Assembly (NCBI RefSeq): GCF_000150275.1
Contig: NW_002060946.1
Coordinates: forward strand, 6,114,597 to 6,178,596
Direction: 5' to 3'
DNA length: 64,000 bases
Origin: Trichoplax adhaerens
Taxonomy: Eukaryota; Animalia; Placozoa
Position 1 is the stretch's first letter. Every line of letters starts with the position of its first letter. Under the pieces are notes generated by a model. The model was not told the DNA's origin, did no database searches, and worked only from the letters and a program-made list of their open reading frames with translations. This document shows positions 38,200-51,150 of this stretch, piece after piece. The translations under genes were made by a program, and so were the position numbers.

Positions 38200-38910
38200 T
38201 ATACTATTCTTACTAGGACATCAACTGTCTAATTCCTTACTAGTCTTCTAGCGTTGATAATCGTTACGGTATCCTCCTCTAATTGGTGAACATATAAGAA
38301 AGTTGTGATCTATCCGTGCTATTGTGGAAAATGAGATAGTACTAGGTTAATGATTTAAATTTTAACTACTAAAGCGGGATTAAATTTATTGCTAATTATA
38401 ATCGATGCCACTAAACATTGGCTTGTACTATGACATTTTAACATCATATTCAAAAATTGTTAAAATAGAAATTATCTATTTTTTACAGCATTTAGTAGGA
38501 AATAAGGTACAGTTATATGAAATTGCTGATATATCTATTTCCGCAAGCTAAGTTTTATAAGATTGACTGTCACATTTATCCGTCTTATGAGCATAGTTCC
38601 ATTGTCTTGTTATATTAAAACTTTATAGCCTGCGGCAATATCTATACATAAATCAACATCTATAGTATCGATCCGCACATCTGCAGTTCTGATTATACGG
38701 TTTATTGGTGAGTTAGCTGTATAGAATCACAATGCTAGGCACCCGTAAATCTAATCATTTTTACTCAGTTAATGCGGTAATGGTTATATATTTAAGTTCC
38801 ATCCCGTCAAACATGAGTTTAGTCAAGTTTAACGAATCCACGCTTGATGTATTTCGTAACCATAACTTTTATTACTACAAGTACAACGAATTAGAACCTT
38901 TACTTTAATA
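38200..38910 (+). pseudogene. Possible decayed GPCR
   Basis: LFLLGHQLSNSLLVF..SLRYP, IYC*L (38384; cf. IYCQL), VMVIYLSSIPSN, EPLL*. Confidence 0.38.
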
Positions 38911-40299
38911 TAGGCGTTATAAGTACTACGTCTATTATTGTTTGATTTGGCTTCAATTATGAAATCTATGAGATTACAATAGTTTTAATCGAAAATATTG
39001 TTTACGATGCATTTATAATAGATTTATTGATACAAAAGTTATTAGAAAGCCATACATATGCTTAATAAACTGATTTACGTGTGATTGAAATCTTGGAAAT
39101 GAATAAAGCCGATATATTGTGAATAATCACAGGTGTTGTCCAACTGTTGTTAAATTCCTATAACTGCGATCCCTATTTTATTTTCGTGAATCAAGCGTAG
39201 TAAATGGCATATATTTAGATTAAATGACAGTTGGAACTAAATGCATGTGCAATGACTTAAAATTTTCTTAAACATATCTTAATTAAAGGATCAGATTTCT
39301 AAAGAAGTAATTTTATTAAATTCTACGTATGTCATATTACGCGCACATCTTAAACGATGCAAAATTTTAGAAAAGGAATTCTCAGCTTTCCATATAAGCT
39401 TGAGTGTGAGAAATTTAGCCTTTGCAGTATTGTACTGTCACGGAGTACTTTCTGGCAAGTTTACTAGTCTAACGTAAAGCACTTACTTTGAATTGCTTCT
39501 ACAAATTACTACCCTAATAAGCTGCCGAAAGATCTAGTAAGAATATAGCACTGCAACTATAACGTCAAAGAACCACCCTTCTAAAAGGCTCATAACCAGT
39601 AGACACTATAATGCTGAAATGCTGTCAGCAACAATACTTTCTTAAACTCTATAATTTAGGCAAGTTAATTCCGTAACATGTACTTTTGGGGATACTATAG
39701 CTAGGAATTCTCTATTTTTTAACAACTCATACTTAAATATTCAATTTATGAGAACTGATAGGATTACACAAGTACTTATCAATTTATCAAGATTGCTCGA
39801 ATTGCTCTTATTTCGCTGGTGGGATTCCTCTTAACGGATCTCGTAAAAAATTCATTTATTATAGTATTTCATAAGTATTTTATCAATATGTAATGCAAGG
39901 ACAAGAAATTTTTGGTTTCTATTTTAACAATTCTATCTATCTGCCGATATAGTTATCTCCATTACTCATAAAATTAATATACGTGTATTTCAGTCATTTA
40001 AAGATAACTGCTAGCAAATCATAATTTACTGTTATAGCCTTTTTTACTCCGAAATACTTGAAGCAATCAACTCATCCATGGAGTGAGGTATTTTAAAGTA
40101 CTATATTACTTTGCTTCACCTAAATTAGAAATATCTTTCAGTAATTGTCATTGGCTTATATCTATAATTCTGATAATCAACCAAATAATTTTTTGTTTGA
40201 ATTATTATGCAACTGCTTAACTATAAGAGTTTCTAATAAATTTTAATTGCTATTTAGAACTATAAAATATTAAAGTAGTCTCACAGTAAGAAAATAATA

Positions 40300-40400
40300 C
40301 AGATTTGTAATGTTTTCAGCTAATTCTATTAGTACAGTAAGTGGCTAATAGTAATAGCAGGAGACCATTACTTGGCCATTACAAGATCATTATTAATGAG
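40300..40400 (+). pseudogene. GPCR TM3/ICL2 relic
   Basis: In frame ICNVFS*FY*YSKWLIVIAGDHYLAITRSL, equivalent to LxxIAxDRYLAITRPL with single transitions CGT>CAT and CCA>TCA. Matches 55713-55748 at 31/36 nt. Confidence 0.68.
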
Positions 40401-42354
40401 ATTCTGATAGCAAGATAAATGCATTAATATTAAATTTTAATTTAGCTTGCATCGTAATACCATTACCGCAGTAAGGCGAATTTTATAATTTAAAAGTAAT
40501 TCAATGAAGTAATTTCTCAAGTTAAAATAATCGAGTTAATGAGACTTAGCAAATGGAGACCTATTGCAGTAAGACTAGCGTAAGCATGAGGACTATAGTA
40601 ACTGTAAGAGTACTTAATTTCATCTGTTGGCCGATTCTAATACCACAGCTTTTAAGAGGATATATGGATAAATTAAAAGAATGTTTCCGCCACCGGCTGT
40701 TATTTTGACTGAACATTTTATTTTGATGTTAACTGATACTATAGAGTAAAATTTTGCATTTACAAATTCCGTTGATGCTTAGACATAAAACAAGCTAGAG
40801 CATTATCAGCTTTAACCTGACGGAAAGACATCAATTCAATTTTGATATTACCGTCACGAGTTAAATTAATGAACTCAAGACAATAGCAATAATGAATGTA
40901 ATGACATAGATTGATCACAGAATTTCTATAATTCGTATACTATTGACCTCATGATTTAATTCTTGTGGCCTCATTAACATTTATATTCTAAAATTATAGG
41001 ACAGATTATTTTGCCATCTAAGGCACTATATATTGAATTAAGCAGTTGATGATCACACAAAAGCAACTTTTGGTTGTCTTCGATATCATATATCAACAGA
41101 TTTCGGCTGATATTCCGAGTTAATATGGGACTTAATAGCTAACATTGAATGAAGATATTGAGAACGTATGGTAGCAGTTTGTATTTTATAATGATTAACG
41201 ATAGAAATGCGTTGATAAACGGCACGATTTAATCGCCAGGAACTTGAATAATATTTCTAAGCATGTTAATATCAGTTTAAAATGTTCTATTTTAGGCAGT
41301 TCGTAATTGCATATTATTACAGTATATGTATATATATATGTTATATATATATAGGGATAGATTTATATACGCATAATTTTGACCACTTCTCGTAATACAG
41401 AATTATCATGTCGTAAGAAATACACAATTTTACTATATTTTAATATTAAGGATATTTTATCACAGCTAAATATAGCCTTAGTAATTTAAATACGGAATTA
41501 CTGTCATTTATGTATTTAAGTACTATGGTAACAGACACCAACTATTAATCAAAGCAGGAAAGCAACCTTTTTTAATGGGTCATACATTAGAAAATAACAA
41601 GGATAGCAATTTGGTAGAAGCAAGCATTTAATTACTGTATACAAGGAAACATATAATGAGTTGATATACATTGGACTGAGAGAAAAATGGGTTTATGTTC
41701 CTTTGAATAGGTGTAAATTAAAAGAAAAAACCTTGAGTATTTTGTACTTTGGTATTGCACAATTTACCAGAAACATCTACAGCAATTAAGTTAGTATAAT
41801 TGGCTGCAGCAGAAACACCGCTATTAAAGAAACGTTGATTATAGTCTATTTTCTAGCTATACAATTCAATATTATATCTGATGAGATAAAAGAATAATGC
41901 AACGTTGCTACAATCTACAATGCATGATAGATGTGTAGAAGGTATATACTAAGCAACAAATAAGTAATGAAAAATTTAAACACATTACAGCTATAAATAT
42001 CCTGCAAAACAAGTTTTATCTTGTATATTCTATTTTACTACTGTTAATCTAATGCTAAATAAATGTTGACCATAGCCGTCTCTACTGTAAAGATATATTA
42101 TATACATCAGCTTGTAGCATAAACTTGACATATACAGCATACAAATTAGAATAGCAGATAACGGGTTGATCGCGTTGCTTTATTTCTTGTATTTTGCATA
42201 TTGTAAATAACTGGCTATAAAGGCGTGATAAACCTGTTTTAACTTTAGTTCAATTTTCTTCTCGGTTTTAGATTGAATATCAAGTTACTATTATGGAATA
42301 AAACCAAATATGATTATTTTCGTTGCTTCTGTAGTTATCTGCTTAACTAATCGA

Positions 42355-43392
42355 CTATTTAGATAGTAATGATGTACGACTAACATTTCTAAAGCGCGCG
42401 GATTTATAACGACATACAAGGGCTATAATATTACTGCGCAAATTCTTATTGTAGAAACCGTAAATAATAGGGCTAGCAACAGAATTCCAAGAAGCAGCAT
42501 AAGCTAGCCATTCACGAAGCAAATAGCGAGTTTCTCCGGGTATAACACGGTAATCAACAACAGTGATAACTTGTAGTATGTTGTACGGTGTTTGCAGAAT
42601 GACATAGACTCCAACAATAATTGCTACAGCTTTGGTTGCTTTTAAAGTTACAGCTGGTTGAATACCTACACTAGTACAGTGGATTCTTCTTGCGTGATCA
42701 CGAGCTACTAAATAGACTCGAACATAGAATACCATCATAACTATTGTGGGCAATAAAAACATCAAAAATGACCAGAAGATGTGCCATGCTTGTAAACTTT
42801 GATAACGATTTTCCTTTGCTTCGGATAGCAAGCAAAAGTTGGGGCAAATTTTCCACCATCCAATTATTAACGGCAAGAATGCGACAAAAGTAGGTAAAAT
42901 CCAACACACAAGAAGGATAACTACAAACATAGCTGATTTATAAATACTAATTTGGTTATACCAAAATGGCGATGTTATGGCAATAAATTTCTCCAAGCTA
43001 ATGGAGCAAATGTGAAAATTCATACAGCATACGAAGGCAAATTGTATCACTGTTGGTGATAACTGACAATAAATATTAACGAAAGAGTGGATCGAATTGC
43101 GTATATTGAGTACTTTAACAGGCAACACAAACATAAAATCGTAAGTTATGTTGGCTAAGCACAAGCTACCGACCAATAAACTACTATGATTCCGAAGTGA
43201 TCGCTTAAAGCAAATAACGCCCAGTACCAATAGATTGGATAGGAGAATACAAACGAAAAGTATACTCCATACAATTGAGACCATAATTTCAAATTCGGTT
43301 AACTTACGATAGACAATGGCGGTTACATTATGACTTAGAAAGAAGTGAACATCTAAGCATGGTGTGAAGAGATCCTTTTTCACGAAAGACAT
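42355..43392 (-). CDS. Single-exon class A 7TM GPCR, 345 aa (paralog 4)
   Basis: Intact ORF: SLCLAN, YCQLS, SISLEKF, CWILP, FLLP, QTPY, NSVASPIIY. Segment IQFAFVCCMNFHICSISLEKFIAITSPFWYNQIS is identical to paralog 3. Confidence 0.96.
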   Translation of the reverse strand: MSFVKKDLFTPCLDVHFFLSHNVTAIVYRKLTEFEIMVSIVWSILFVCILLSNLLVLGVICFKRSLRNHSSLLVGSLCLANITYDFMFVLPVKVLNIRNSIHSFVNIYCQLSPTVIQFAFVCCMNFHICSISLEKFIAITSPFWYNQISIYKSAMFVVILLVCWILPTFVAFLPLIIGWWKICPNFCLLSEAKENRYQSLQAWHIFWSFLMFLLPTIVMMVFYVRVYLVARDHARRIHCTSVGIQPAVTLKATKAVAIIVGVYVILQTPYNILQVITVVDYRVIPGETRYLLREWLAYAASWNSVASPIIYGFYNKNLRSNIIALVCRYKSARFRNVSRTSLLSK

Positions 43393-46321
43393 TTCTTGGA
43401 TAGGGATTATTCAATTTGAATGGATTAAAATTGTGATCGCTTTCCTGATGCGTTGTATCGGCTGGAATAATCTATACTTGTGATTTTTTGGATCAATTAT
43501 TTCTTATCCGTCTGAAAGTGATGCATGTAATATTTATTAGCGAAGCAGTCAAACAAAGAGTCGAAAAATTATCTAACTAATATATTTTAAATAAGGTTTG
43601 CCGTCCTTCAGAATTTAAAAACAATTCTTGTCATAAATTTTTGATAAAAATGAAAACTAAAAAATCAAAGCAAGATAATAAAGAAACGCGTATATATTCG
43701 TTTAAATTTTAAATATCATTAGTGCATGTGAAGAAAAATGTTTATTAAATTAAATCTACAAAATTAACCATGAAATAATGTAATATCAATCTTCTAAAAA
43801 TATATTATACTATACATTTTGTTCATAATATGCAATATTCTATACAAATACGTAAAATAGTATGATTGCGTATTAATTGCCGTATAAGAAATAATGACGA
43901 CAAATAGGCGTGGAAAGCTTACTCTTGTTCAATAGTTATGGAAAGATTATCAATTTGCAATTAGCATAAGCAATCTCATTAAGCAGGCAATTCTTCATAC
44001 TGGCTTTAGAATCTCAATAAAATGAATTTACTATACGTTAAGTTACAGATTGTAATAATACTTCAATAACAAGATTAATTTTAATGAAAGGATGATCCGT
44101 TCTATTTTTGAGAGTATCAATAGAGTTGTCGATATTTACGTTTACAGGAGTAAATGGGTCGGTTGGATGTTTAAATTATGTAAAATTCATTTAGACTATG
44201 AAAATCTATTTTCCATGGCTACCCAGCTCTGAATAATATGTAAAAAAATGTTTCCTTTAATTATTTTGACTATAAAAAGATGTGTACGAGATTCGGACGA
44301 AATCAGTAATATGCTAAAATATGCTAAATTTCATTGATGTAATCATCGTTTGCTGAAACAAAATGTTAACACTGTATTATGATACTAGTTCATAACTCAA
44401 AAATGTAAATATTAGGGTAAGCCAGTTTTTTTATTAAAAATGATAAGTCAAATACAGTAACAAAATATTAACCATTCTTTGAAATTAATTGAACATTACT
44501 AAGTAATCTGGATAACTTGTCAATCATTACTGTTTTATTGAGAGTGACAAATATAGAAATAGAATGAGTCAAGATGACTCGTGATTATTGTAATTCTGTC
44601 TTATCCTTATTAGAATAACTCCAGAATAGCAATGATACCGTAAAAAAGAAATTTAGAATTATTAGCCATATTTAATATGATGATTGACATTAGCAATGTC
44701 AACAAGGAAGAAGAAAAATCGAGCTTGTACAGTATATGAAGTTTTATTATACTATAAAGAAAATATTAACATCTGCTTCTGAGTACCATGTTGAAAGTAC
44801 TTGCACATAAGACATAACGGCAGTTTCGCCAATGATACGTCCTATCTCAAACCGTAGTTTTTAAATCCATGGTCTGACATCAATGCCGATAACATTTAAT
44901 TAAATTACTACCCGTCATTATACCAGACCCTTTTACTCATAAGTAGATTTTGATCAATTAACTATAAATGTAAAACTAGACAGTAAGACATTACTTCCAA
45001 AGTTACAATTTCAATTTCGTCTTTTTGTAAAATACTTCTATTTTTATAATTCATTTGTGTGCCTCATTATAATTATTTTTCTATCTTCTGTCTCTAAAAT
45101 AATCTTTATTGCAAGGTAGCATATATTAAGATCCAGGTAGTAATTATTTAGTTAAAGACAATGGCTAGAATTATAAGATTCTACAACCTTATGATATCAT
45201 TTGACATTTTGTATTTTTATTTCCAGAAAAGAAAATCAACAAAAAAGCGATAGTTATTCTACTAAATTGAAATTGTAAATTATTTTTTACAGTCAACCAA
45301 TTTCATTCTTTTAATTTTTCAATAAGAATCAGCTAAAAGGACCCAAGTTTAAGAATTCCGGAATTAGATTATTAAAATTTATCCTATACACCCTTTATAG
45401 CAGAAATGTATCCATTTTACTGACAGTCTGCTCAAAATTCTAATTTTGATAGACAACAATATTTTTCTTGCGTATTTTTAATTCTAATTTTGGAATACAG
45501 ATAGAAAGAATGGCAAAATTCTTGCCATGATTTATTCCGGTAAAATTTTGTACCGGTATCTCATTAAAATGTCAACATGGAAAAATTTATATACCGTGAT
45601 TTAATCTCTGCTAAAGATTTGATCAAAAAAAGAAATGATATACCTAATGTAACGATTAAGAACCGTCTGCAGGTCTTCGATAAAAATAGCAATCTAATAT
45701 CTTCTAACGCCATTGGTTTCATCTTACGCCAATTAGTGTGTAAAAATTACATCATTCTACTTGAATATTTCTCTACGTGTTAGTCTTCGGCTATTGTATT
45801 TTTTAATAAAAATACCTACAATAACCCTGAACTAAAGCCAGTTCTATTACTACTATTGAAGTAAAATACAACCAATAATTAATTGAACAACACCGATAAG
45901 TCAGTTGACAGTTACCCTCAAGTCGATTATTTCTGTATGCAATAAAATCAGTCTAGTGAATACTAGCCTTATCATCCTCGCAATTTAATATCTATTCTTA
46001 ATTTTATTTGTCAAGAATATAATAACCGATAATCAATTTCTAAAGCAGAATTTTACTTTCTATTCGCACCTTGTAATGAAATTATTATAGTTTAGTGAAA
46101 AGTCTATTGAAGTATCTTAATGTCAACTATCGAAACGTGATCGGCTTGAAAATATTGTAGAAATCGAACACAACTCTAAACCTACTTGATTATGGTATGC
46201 TTTAGACGCAATACTAAGAAGTTAAAACATGGCTTTTGATGACCACAGGCCCTTACGTAACTGAATCGGAATAGCAAGAATTTATAAATACTTAACAGCG
46301 ATTATTTAATAACATTAAGAT

Positions 46322-46700
46322 CTTGCATGTCGACTATTTCATCATTGGAGCGATGACTTAATATTCATATTATTATTGTAGTTGCATTTTGTGATTTTGG
46401 TTATCGATGCCCGTTTACTTCTTTCCAAATAGCTTCCGCATCAATATAGCAATTTACTCATCTTACTAAATAATTTGATCAATGAAATTCAATTTATTTT
46501 TGCATACTACGTGTGCTTTCGATCTTGTATAGTCAACAATTTGTCTACATTACAAGGCTACTACAATAATAAGTATTTCTTCTACGTAGTTGCTTACAAA
46601 AGCTCTATTTTAAATTGAAGTAAAAGTTCAATTTATGGCTGGGCATTATTATGACGAACTAATTATTAATTTGTGACTGATAAGTCCATACGGCGCCAAA
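46322..46700 (+). pseudogene. Candidate decayed class A GPCR
   Basis: LACRLFHHWSDDLIFILLL*LHFVILVIDARLLLSK*LPHQYSNLL (TM3/ICL2); KLYFKL; WLGIIMTN*LLIC..SPY (TM6). Confidence 0.48.
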
Positions 46701-49449
46701 ATGGTGAATGTGGTACTAATATCACACGCCATATTTTTTTTACCAAGAACACTGCGTTTATGAACTTTAATAAGATTTCCAGTGATTAGTATATTGAAAG
46801 TCATATCATATTATGAATACCAATTTATAAATTTTCATACTCGTTGAGACTTAAATTCTAGATAAAAGATATTCGTACATCCTTTATATGCAGCCTCTAC
46901 ATAATAAGGCATTTTTTCAATATGAACAAATGATGAAAATGACAGCTGAAGTACAGCAATTTAATTTCCTCGAATAATAGCATTCTAAATCAATATTAGT
47001 CTTAAAATGTTTATTATATATGAAAATGAATTAAAACCGTGATTTAAATTAAAATACAAAAAATTGAAGATACTCACTTTCCCTTAATAAGCTGACTACG
47101 AATGTTGTTAGAACAAAAATGAATCTAATGCCTTATCCATATTACTAACTAGTGTCTGGTTTTAAAATTTTGAGTTTTTAGTAATCTTGTTAGAAGACAA
47201 AAGTGAGTGCATCGATATGAGTTTGAAAAGCGTTTATATCCGAAAGAGTCATCATAAGTTATGCTGTTTAGAAGCAATCTTTTAAAATTTAATAAATTTC
47301 CAAGAATGCATACGAATTTAACACTAAAAGCGCTTTAGCAAAAGTGCAATATTAGATTAGATGTGACGAAAATCGTTCACTATAAATATATAACTTATAT
47401 ATGAACGTGACCGCATGCGAAATCGATCATTTTACAAACTGCCCTATGTAAATGTATTAAACAATATTTTAATAAGGGAAATATTGTTAATATTAATGAG
47501 CTCTTTATTTTAGAAATTACCATAGCAATATAATTCAGTTTTCAGTATCCTATGAAAATTACTCTAGTCGTATTTGGAAAGATTCCCGCTGGGATAATCT
47601 CTTAGAGAATTAACTAAGGCTATTTTAGCTTCATTTGACGTGCTTATTTGATATATTATCGACTAAAGATGCATGTTGACGACCAGATGCTGCCTTTTGT
47701 AAAAATGTCTAAAAAACTGATTTGTTACTAAAGGATAGCAAATTTGCTGCTCTATCTGTTATTATCTTTTTAATGTAATTTAAAGACTAACATGAAGAAA
47801 TGGTACCTAAACAAAATTTTTAAATTAAATTTTTGTACGCGTTATTTAAGATTACAAGGTTTAACAATCATAGCCTAAGCAAAAATAAAATATTATTTTG
47901 GATATTAGGCAATTAAAGCATTAAGATAAAAATGTAGCCTAAAGATTCGAGAAGTTTATGGTTCGTAATGCAGTATCTGTTTTCTCGTGCCCAGTTCTCT
48001 AGCTAAGATTACCACATAATCAAGCTAGCGATATTACTTGTATCTTAATCGTACCTTCTACTGAGTTTAAGATTTCTATTTTATCGATTTTTTGCTATAA
48101 TAAGACCATTAAAAGATCTACTGCGCCCTAATTCCTATACTATAAATAATGTAAAATTGGTTTATGATAAATGATATTTTTTCAAAGAGTGAGACAATTG
48201 AATATTTTAGTCATTTATTCATTTTCAACTTTTATTTCCGTTTTTTTAATCCATTATTGTAGGAGCTCGCTAAGAATAACGACGGAATTGCATTACTTAT
48301 GCCTTTGATGCATACTCGCGGATTTTGATCTTTGAAGAGTAGGATATGAATACTGATACATACCGTAACAGGTAAGACTTTACTCTCACACTTAATCTGC
48401 TAAATTAGTACAACTTTGGTAGGATAGGGAACTGCAGCCGTTCAACAAGCATTTTCAAGTAGAAACAGGATAGCAGGACGTGCCGTTGTTATTTTAATTT
48501 AATATGATCATAAATAATAACACAGTTCGTTACTGTCTGTATTTACTCTTGCTCGCTCATTAAATATATTTTGGAAGTAAATAATGAAAAGGAAATTGCA
48601 TAGTTACCAGGGTTTATTAACCGAAACTTAAATTTTGCAGGGATAAGCGTATAGCATCTACATGGGTAAAATAGGAAGTAATCTCGTGCAATTGTACCCA
48701 GGGTGCCAAAGTGTGTTTACTAAATTATCATTTTACACTGCTTAATTTTTTCTTTCCCCATCTTTGTGAAAGATCGTGAAAAACTCCAATACAGATTAAG
48801 GTAGAAGATTTGTAAAATAATACGATTTAAAAATGATCTCGGGCATCAATAATTTAACTGAAGCTAAAAATCTCCTAGCTATGTGTTATGGAATTGATTT
48901 TGTTATGATATTAATTTTTGTGAAATATTGAAAGAGTATAGAAAATTTCGCTGTAATTTTGTCCGCGCAAAGATAGGTTAAATCTATATCCAAAGAATAT
49001 TCGGATTTTAAAATAAATTACATTTTTAATAGTTTGTCGTTATCGAAATTTGTTCTGGTTCAAAGGTATTAAGTAAGTATTAGAAGAATGTTACATAAAG
49101 TCATCATAGGGTAGAAATTAATACTAAATATTAATTGAAAAGCACTAGATAGTCGATTCACAAGAAAAAGAAGTAAAAGTCAAAATTATAGGCAGAATGA
49201 AAGTAATACATTCTATTTATTCTCATGATTTCGCATAGCTATATCTTATGTTAAATATGGCATTCGACTTACCTTAATCGATTTACGGGCAATGAGATGA
49301 TAGTAGCTCAGATCAAATTAAATTGGAATGTAATAATTACGAACTAGTACTTGATTGTAGAAGAATACCTAAAATGGCAATAATCAATGCGGAATTTGTA
49401 GCGACACGGTAAAAAATTTATTAGAAAAGAAATTTTGAAACAATATCAA

Positions 49450-49710
49450 TTTACTTCAGATGTTATGTGGCTGTTGTAGCTGCCTGCGAGAAATGGGCAG
49501 CTAATGTAAAGCAAAGGCGGTATTTATCTTTTAAGTAATGGTTCTAAAATAATAAGTGTTCTATTGAGTAACATAATCAAGCATAATTATGCTTTCTTTA
49601 AGTCATTTCCTTGTTCGCTGCCCACAATGGCTATGATGACCTAAATTTGCCATTCTTATTAATTTCTATTCGTTGTTCCTCCTATTTTATACGGTATTAT
49701 AGAGAGCGAT
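49450..49710 (+). pseudogene. Candidate GPCR fragment (TM5-TM7)
   Basis: IYFRCYVAV; SFPCSLPTM; VVPPILYGIIE (49672-49704; cf. ASPIIYGFFN). Confidence 0.45.
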
Positions 49711-50619
49711 AATCAATTAACTCTAATTATTTCATTTATGCTATTGGTTGGTGAATCAAGGGTAAAAGTAATAACTTAAATAATAATCATGTCTGTCTTG
49801 TATTATTTTAAGATTGACAACTGCATTAATTGGATATTAGTATTGTCGTATAATTGATGATATAAATAAAGTGAAAAGACATTATTTATGAGGTATCATT
49901 AACAACTGTGAATAAGTAATAAGAAATTTGCTTCTATCAAACTGTTGCTGAAGAATTTATTCTCGATAAGTTAATGATTAACTACGGTTGAAAATTAAGG
50001 CGTTAACAAAATAAATTATACGAGCGCAATAATCGAGTCATTAGCTCATTAGTCAATTCAAACGACTTTTAAGCTGCATATGGTCAGTAACGGTTTTGTT
50101 TTAGTATTTTTCACAATAAAATTGGATAAAATAATATTGTTTATAGACTTCAAGTCAATTGTAGTCATCTCCATATTGTCCTATTTAGACGGCTAATATG
50201 ATATAGGATGTCACTGATTGATACCATTTAAACTGTTAATTAATGTCGCTAATTTCATTCTAATCGTTATAGTACCGAACTTCATATTTACTTTGAACAA
50301 TAAAAATTGTCATTTTTTTTTAAATTGGTAAATACAACACGCCATTGCAAGAACTGTAAAGAGAACGATTTACCTCATAGGAAGATTTGAATAAGGAAAA
50401 TAACAATGCAAGCGTAATTAAGATGGATACGATTACTAGAGTTAAAAATCTATCTGATTCTCTTACTAATTAGGCGAAGTAAGAGTAATAATATAAGCGT
50501 GTGCTATTCGATTTTGTGTATTCACGGGAAATAATTTTCTCAAGAGTGGTATGAAATGAGGTTACCGGTATAATATTTTGAATACAGGTGTACCACAAAC
50601 CTATTGAAACCGCTTTCCT

Positions 50620-51150
50620 TATATTTAGACAATACCACGGATTTAAGTTAGGTATTATCCTGATGCAATGTTATCATCGTGAAATAAGTAGATGAATTAC
50701 TAATATATCCATCTGCTTCGAACAATCAATTTTATATGCTACAGGAAGTTATCCATTATTTTTCTTGTAAAATAAATATATTTTAAGTAATAAGAAATAT
50801 TAACTACAATAATAGTACTATGTCTGCAGAGAAGTATTTCCGACTGTTATTATAAAATAAAATTGCATTTTCGGATAATAATAGGTTTTAGAAAATCTTC
50901 CTTAAAGTTAATGCAGAGTATTCCAAATGATGGCTAATGAATTGATTTATATGTAGTACCGTATTTGTGTCTATCATAGTCTTGACAACAAAGGCGTTTT
51001 GGTGCATAACTTTTTTCGAAATTGTTCCATTCACTATTACATTTTCATCCGCATCATCCAATAACAATAACAATAAAAGTGAATATGAACGTCATCAAAA
51101 TCAAAAGACTGAATCAGAAAGAATAGCAAGAGATGATTATCGCTAGTTAG
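50620..51150 (-). pseudogene. Possible highly decayed GPCR (TM4-TM7)
   Basis: IISCYSF*FSLLILMTFIFTFIVIVIG* (TM4-like), PSFGILCINFK/KIF (TM5-like), NLNPWYCLNIRKAV (TM7/H8-like). P5.50 to P7.50 distance is about 290 nt, versus 279 in paralog 4. Confidence 0.28.

Noticed and set aside
8648-42907. Short ORFs inside GPCR genes (8648-8851, 16671-16865, 42698-42907)
   Set aside because: Alternate-frame or antisense shadows. The similarity between 8648 and 42698 follows from paralogy of the main frame.
8293-43392. Calling the receptors aminergic (adrenergic, histamine, TAAR) or opsins
   Set aside because: No Asp3.32 and no Lys7.43, so no gene symbol is supportable.
45200-45783. Splice-acceptor-like tract near 45226 and ORF 45577-45783 as exons of a host gene
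   Set aside because: No consistent exon chain or recognisable product. A nested arrangement cannot be excluded without RNA-seq.
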